Below, piece after piece: positions 9,549-12,496 of a stretch of DNA of 12,496 nt. The notes beneath the pieces are model-generated. The model did not search any database, was not told the DNA's origin, and saw nothing but the letters and a program-made list of their open reading frames with translations. The stretch spans positions 1-12,496 of the forward strand of contig NZ_JAEDAM010000048.1 of assembly GCF_018420025.1 (NCBI RefSeq), written 5' to 3'. Within the stretch, counting starts at the first letter, position 1; each line of letters begins with the position of its first letter. Both the position numbers and the translations under genes were made by a program. Origin of the DNA: Candidatus Vampirococcus lugosii (GTDB lineage: Bacteria; Patescibacteriota; Gracilibacteria; Absconditabacterales; Absconditicoccaceae).

Positions 9549-9698
9549 TTAATTAAGATTATAAATAATTAATTTAATTATAAACAAAAATACAATTAAT
9601 TCAATAAGAATTAATTTAAGAAAAGTTAAATTTATAAAAAAACAAAAAATTGATAGCAAAAATAAAATAATTACATATAAAGAATAAAATATTTTCAT
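9549..9698 (-). CDS. Small hydrophobic protein, 49 aa (hypothetical, one or two TM segments)
   Basis: ATG (complement) at 9696-9698, TAA at 9549-9551. Sequence: MKIFYSLYVIILFLLSIFCFFINLTFLKLILIELIVFLFIIKLIIYNLN. It sits between the LCP stop (3 nt upstream) and the SPFH start (5 nt downstream) on the same strand. A 50-codon open frame is uncommon in DNA this rich in TAA and TAG. There is no homology evidence, and low-complexity AT-rich sequence could produce it by chance. Confidence 0.35.
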   Translation of the reverse strand: MKIFYSLYVIILFLLSIFCFFINLTFLKLILIELIVFLFIIKLIIYNLN

Positions 9699-9701
9699 AT
9701 T

Positions 9702-11033
9702 TTAATTTTCAATAAATTTATTTCAAAGATATATTTCCATATGAGCATCTAACTCATTTGATTGTAGTACCTCATCAATATCAATAAAAATTCTCAATAA
9801 AGAAATTGTAGATTTATAAGAATTTAAATCATCTACATAAACTATATTTTTTTCATAATATTCATCAGAATTTCAAGTATCTATTACATCAAATCAGTAT
9901 TGTTTCAATTCAATAGCCATATTATTTGCTATAGAAATTAATCTTCAATGTTTAGATCTAATAGTTTTTGGATCTACTGCATTAACAACTTTAATACTAG
10001 GTTTTTCAAGTAAATATTCTTGATTATTTAAGAAAAAAAATGCAAAATCCTGAATATTTTTATAGTTGGAAAAATCAGATACATTAGCTCATTGTTGTAA
10101 AAGAACTGAAGCTCAACCAAACAAACTTCTCTGAGGATAATATAAAAAACATCAAATATCAGTTGTTTCAAAATAACTTTTATCACAATCTGCTGTAAGT
10201 CAAGCACTATTGTATATATCTAATTCTTTAACATAAGAAATAAGAGATATTATTTGTCTAAAACTTATATTAGTTTCCAACATAGAATTAAACTCTCAAT
10301 AAAGTTTTTGCAAATTAGGAATATTTACCAAATTATTTACAGATACTATTTGAGAAATAATTGATTTAATAAGTAATTGTTGTCTTATAGATCTAGAAAA
10401 ATCGGATGTAGTTTGTCTACTTCTAGCATATTTTAATGCAGTTTCTCAATCAAATTTTTGAATTCATTCTTCAACAATAAAAGTTTGATATCATCAATTA
10501 GCAGTAGGATATTTATGATCTACAATTTTTTCTGGTACATCAACTTCTACTCATCATAATGAATCTACTAATTTAATAAATCAATCAAAATCTATCAAAG
10601 CATAATAATCTATATTAATTCAAGTAATTTCATTAATAGTAGATATTAATGCATTTAATCATTCTGATACTTCTCAAGTTCTGTTATATATAGTTGGTAA
10701 TAATCAATTTATTTTTCAATTATAAGATACATCAGGATTACTAATATATAAATCTCTTGGAATAGATAAAAAACTTACAGATCATAAATCTACATCATAA
10801 GATGCAACTATAATACTATCTGCTAAATATCAATGATCATATCATAATATCAATGCATTAATTTGTCAAAACTCATCTACATTCAAATCTTCTCATACCG
10901 TAGATTCAGTAATAGACATTATCATATTTGATAAACCTGACATAAAATTTTGTCAAAAAGAGATAGCATAATTTGCAAAATAAAAAATCAGAAACAAAGA
11001 AAAAGATATAAATGAAAGTTTTATAAAAAACAT
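9702..11033 (-). CDS. LCP (LytR-CpsA-Psr) family cell-envelope glycopolymer transferase with a LytR_C-like C-terminal domain, 443 aa
   Basis: TAA at 9702-9704. ATG (complement) at 11031-11033 gives a TM anchor, MFFIKLSFISFSLFLIFYFANYAISF. LCP core: INALILGYDH..ADSIIVASYD...VSFLSIPRDLYI...GKINGLL...ITGINIDYYALIDFDGFIKLVDSLGGVEVDVPE...FDGETALKYARSRQTTSDFSRSIRQQLLIKSII. The GG of LGGVEV is TGA-TGA. C-terminal domain: KPSIKVVNAVD...IANNMAIELKQYGFDVID. The frame stays open upstream to an in-frame GTG at 11115-11117, which would add a basic leader (AFKKKRLG...), so the true start may be 84 nt further upstream. Confidence 0.88.
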
Positions 11034-11129
11034 AAAACTAATAAAAGAATCTTTAGTCTTGGAAAAAATATAAATTAAATTTCAATATGTTCATAACCTT
11101 TTTTTCTTAAAAGCCACTTTAATTAATTT

Positions 11130-11159
11130 ATTATAAATTTAAAATATGTAGTAATTGAA
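11130..11159 (-). promoter_or_regulatory. Candidate promoter for the minus-strand LCP/SPFH/TetR gene string (TTCAAT, 18 nt spacer, TATAAT)
   Basis: On the minus strand, TTCAAT lies at 11154-11159 and a perfect TATAAT at 11130-11135, inside the 247-nt gap upstream of the LCP gene. This is a motif match only and is easily produced by chance at this base composition. Confidence 0.22.
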
Positions 11160-11280
11160 AAATAGATAGATTAATTAATTTTAGAATTAATTCAAAATAT
11201 TATTTTCAAAAAATTACTAAAACTAAAAACCTATCTATATATAAAACTAAATTATTATATAATAATTATTTATACATTTT

Positions 11281-12496
11281 TTAAAAATCAATTGTTGGTT
11301 CCATAGGCATTCATCATCCAGGTATTCATCACATAAAACCTCACATAATTTCTTCAATTGTTTGAAACTCTTCAGGTTCTTGAACATCAATAGAATCAGT
11401 TCATTCAATTAAATCATTAAATTTAATAGAAAAATTACCTTTTTCTCAAAGAACACTAAATTTAAAATCTAAATCAAAATTAGATTCTATACTTTCATCT
11501 CAAAAAGAATATTCTGTTTTCAAATTTCAATTAAAAGAATCTTCTCAAGATCAATCATCATAAACAAAATTTATATCACTTTTATTTCACTCAGATGTAT
11601 AACTTATTGAAATACTTTCATCAGGAAGAGATGCATTTAAAAACTTAAGTTCTCATGAATCATTTCATAAATATCATTCAATATCAATTTCATCAATTTT
11701 GAATGTATCAAATTCTAATTTGTATCAATCTCATACATTAAGAGTTCATTTAAAATCAATATCATTGATAATATCATTTAATGATGAAGTAGCATCTGAT
11801 ATATCATTTTCTGTTAAAACAAAAACTTCAAGCGATAATATTTTAGTAGATAATTCTTGTATATTTTCAGAATCAAGTTCTACAGAAAAAGATGAGTTTC
11901 AAAGTTCTTCTACACTTTTTAATATAGGATATTCTTTTATCAAAGATTTAATATCACCAAACATATCATATACATCAGAAATATTTATTGATTCAACATC
12001 TCACAAAGTCTCACCACCAGCAATTTGAATCCATTGTCATTTAAATGGAGATATCATATTATCTATCATCATACCTAATTGAGAATCATCAGAATTTATT
12101 TCCATATTATCCAAAGATAAATATGCAGTTTCTCATAAGGTTATCATATTTAAATCAATTAAAGCATCTATATTAGATTCTGTTAATCAATCATTATAAT
12201 CTCAATTAATTGCCAAAGACAATTCCATTGATGATTCAGAATCCATAACATCTCATGAATTTTCTATATCCATAGAATAAGATAATTCAGCATCTCAAAC
12301 ATACATTTGATTATTTGAAGTTAAGTTTATAGATCCTTTTTCTTTAAGATAATCAAGAGATGATAATATTGAAATTGATTTATCTATATTATAGAATATA
12401 TCATCAACTATTGTATTATAAGCTTCTTCAAAACTTACATCATCAGCAAAAGATACTTCTGGTTTATCGCTAGATCCTCAAGTATCGAAACAAGCA
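11281..12496 (-). CDS. Highly acidic putative lipoprotein of unknown function, 5'-truncated by the window edge (404 aa visible), with a Gly/Met/Pro-rich C-terminal tail
   Basis: TAA at 11281-11283; the frame is open to the window end with no TAA or TAG. The first visible residues, ..ACFDTGGSSDKPE, look like the end of a lipobox (Cys codon 12490-12492), so only the signal peptide is likely missing. The body is D/E/S/N-rich (e.g. LSLDNMEINSDDSQLGMMIDNMISPFKGQWIQIAGGETLGDVE). The tail is EEIMGGFMGGIPGGGMPMEPTIDF, with most of its Gly as TGA. I recognised no family. Confidence 0.75.

Noticed and set aside
11173-11192. Two copies of the self-complementary octamer AATTAATT separated by TTAG, considered as a TetR operator upstream of the LCP/SPFH/TetR string
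   Set aside because: It consists only of A and T in an intergenic region that is almost pure A/T, so such palindromes are expected by chance. Nothing else supports it.
11161-11240. 8-bp inverted repeat ATAGATAG ... CTATCTAT spaced about 55 nt apart in the 11034-11280 intergenic region
   Set aside because: It is short, AT-rich and widely spaced. It is neither a convincing structure nor a convincing binding site.
11281-11352. Resemblance of the GGFMGGIPGGGMPMEPTIDF tail to Hsp70/GroEL C-termini, as evidence that the gene encodes a chaperone
   Set aside because: The rest of the protein has no ATPase or chaperonin motifs and appears to be an exported lipoprotein. The similarity is compositional only.
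11699-12028. Plus-strand 109-aa ORF
   Set aside because: It is antisense to a 1.2-kb minus-strand frame that is completely free of TAA and TAG and ends in a defined stop. A 405-codon open frame (404 sense codons plus the stop) in DNA this AT-rich is far less likely by chance than a 109-codon one.
1-12496. Alternative readings: code 4 (UGA=Trp), or a decayed region full of nonsense-mutated pseudogenes
   Set aside because: TGA falls on invariant Gly positions, not Trp positions, and Trp is consistently TGG, including next to a TGA in the WGI motif. Pseudogenisation would also scatter in-frame TAA and TAG codons and frameshifts, and none occur across about 11 kb of coding frame.

Overview
Very AT-rich bacterial DNA that only makes sense if UGA is read as glycine (NCBI translation table 25, used by Gracilibacteria/BD1-5 and Absconditabacteria/SR1 in the Candidate Phyla Radiation). 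Under the standard code the window has only short ORF fragments. With TGA=Gly it resolves into 11 tightly packed genes, ending in TAA (ten) or TAG (one), with recognisable family motifs in which invariant glycines are TGA codons. Plus strand, probable operon 1: MltD-like lytic transglycosylase lipoprotein (139-1041), RdgB/HAM1 NTP pyrophosphatase (1058-1624), polytopic LplT/MFS-like membrane protein (1657-2835), and an 880-aa Aas-like protein fusing acyltransferase, an internal ACP-like carrier domain and an acyl-AMP ligase (2860-5502). Plus strand, operon 2: a 588-aa secreted cysteine-rich modular protein with a perfect 209-bp intragenic direct repeat (5644-7410), then signal peptidase I (7444-8073). 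A 41-nt perfect palindrome (8090-8130) looks like a bidirectional terminator. Minus strand: a 5'-truncated acidic lipoprotein (11281-12496), then a tightly spaced string of LCP (LytR-CpsA-Psr) enzyme (9702-11033), a 49-aa hydrophobic ORF (9549-9698), an SPFH/stomatin protein (8689-9543) and a TetR regulator (8147-8665). No rRNA, tRNA, CRISPR array or transposase was recognised. The points most worth follow-up are the recoding, the self-contained lysophospholipid reacylation module (transporter plus acyltransferase-ACP-ligase fusion) and the repeat-bearing Cys-rich exoprotein next to a signal peptidase. All calls come from manual translation and motif recognition; no database search was possible.
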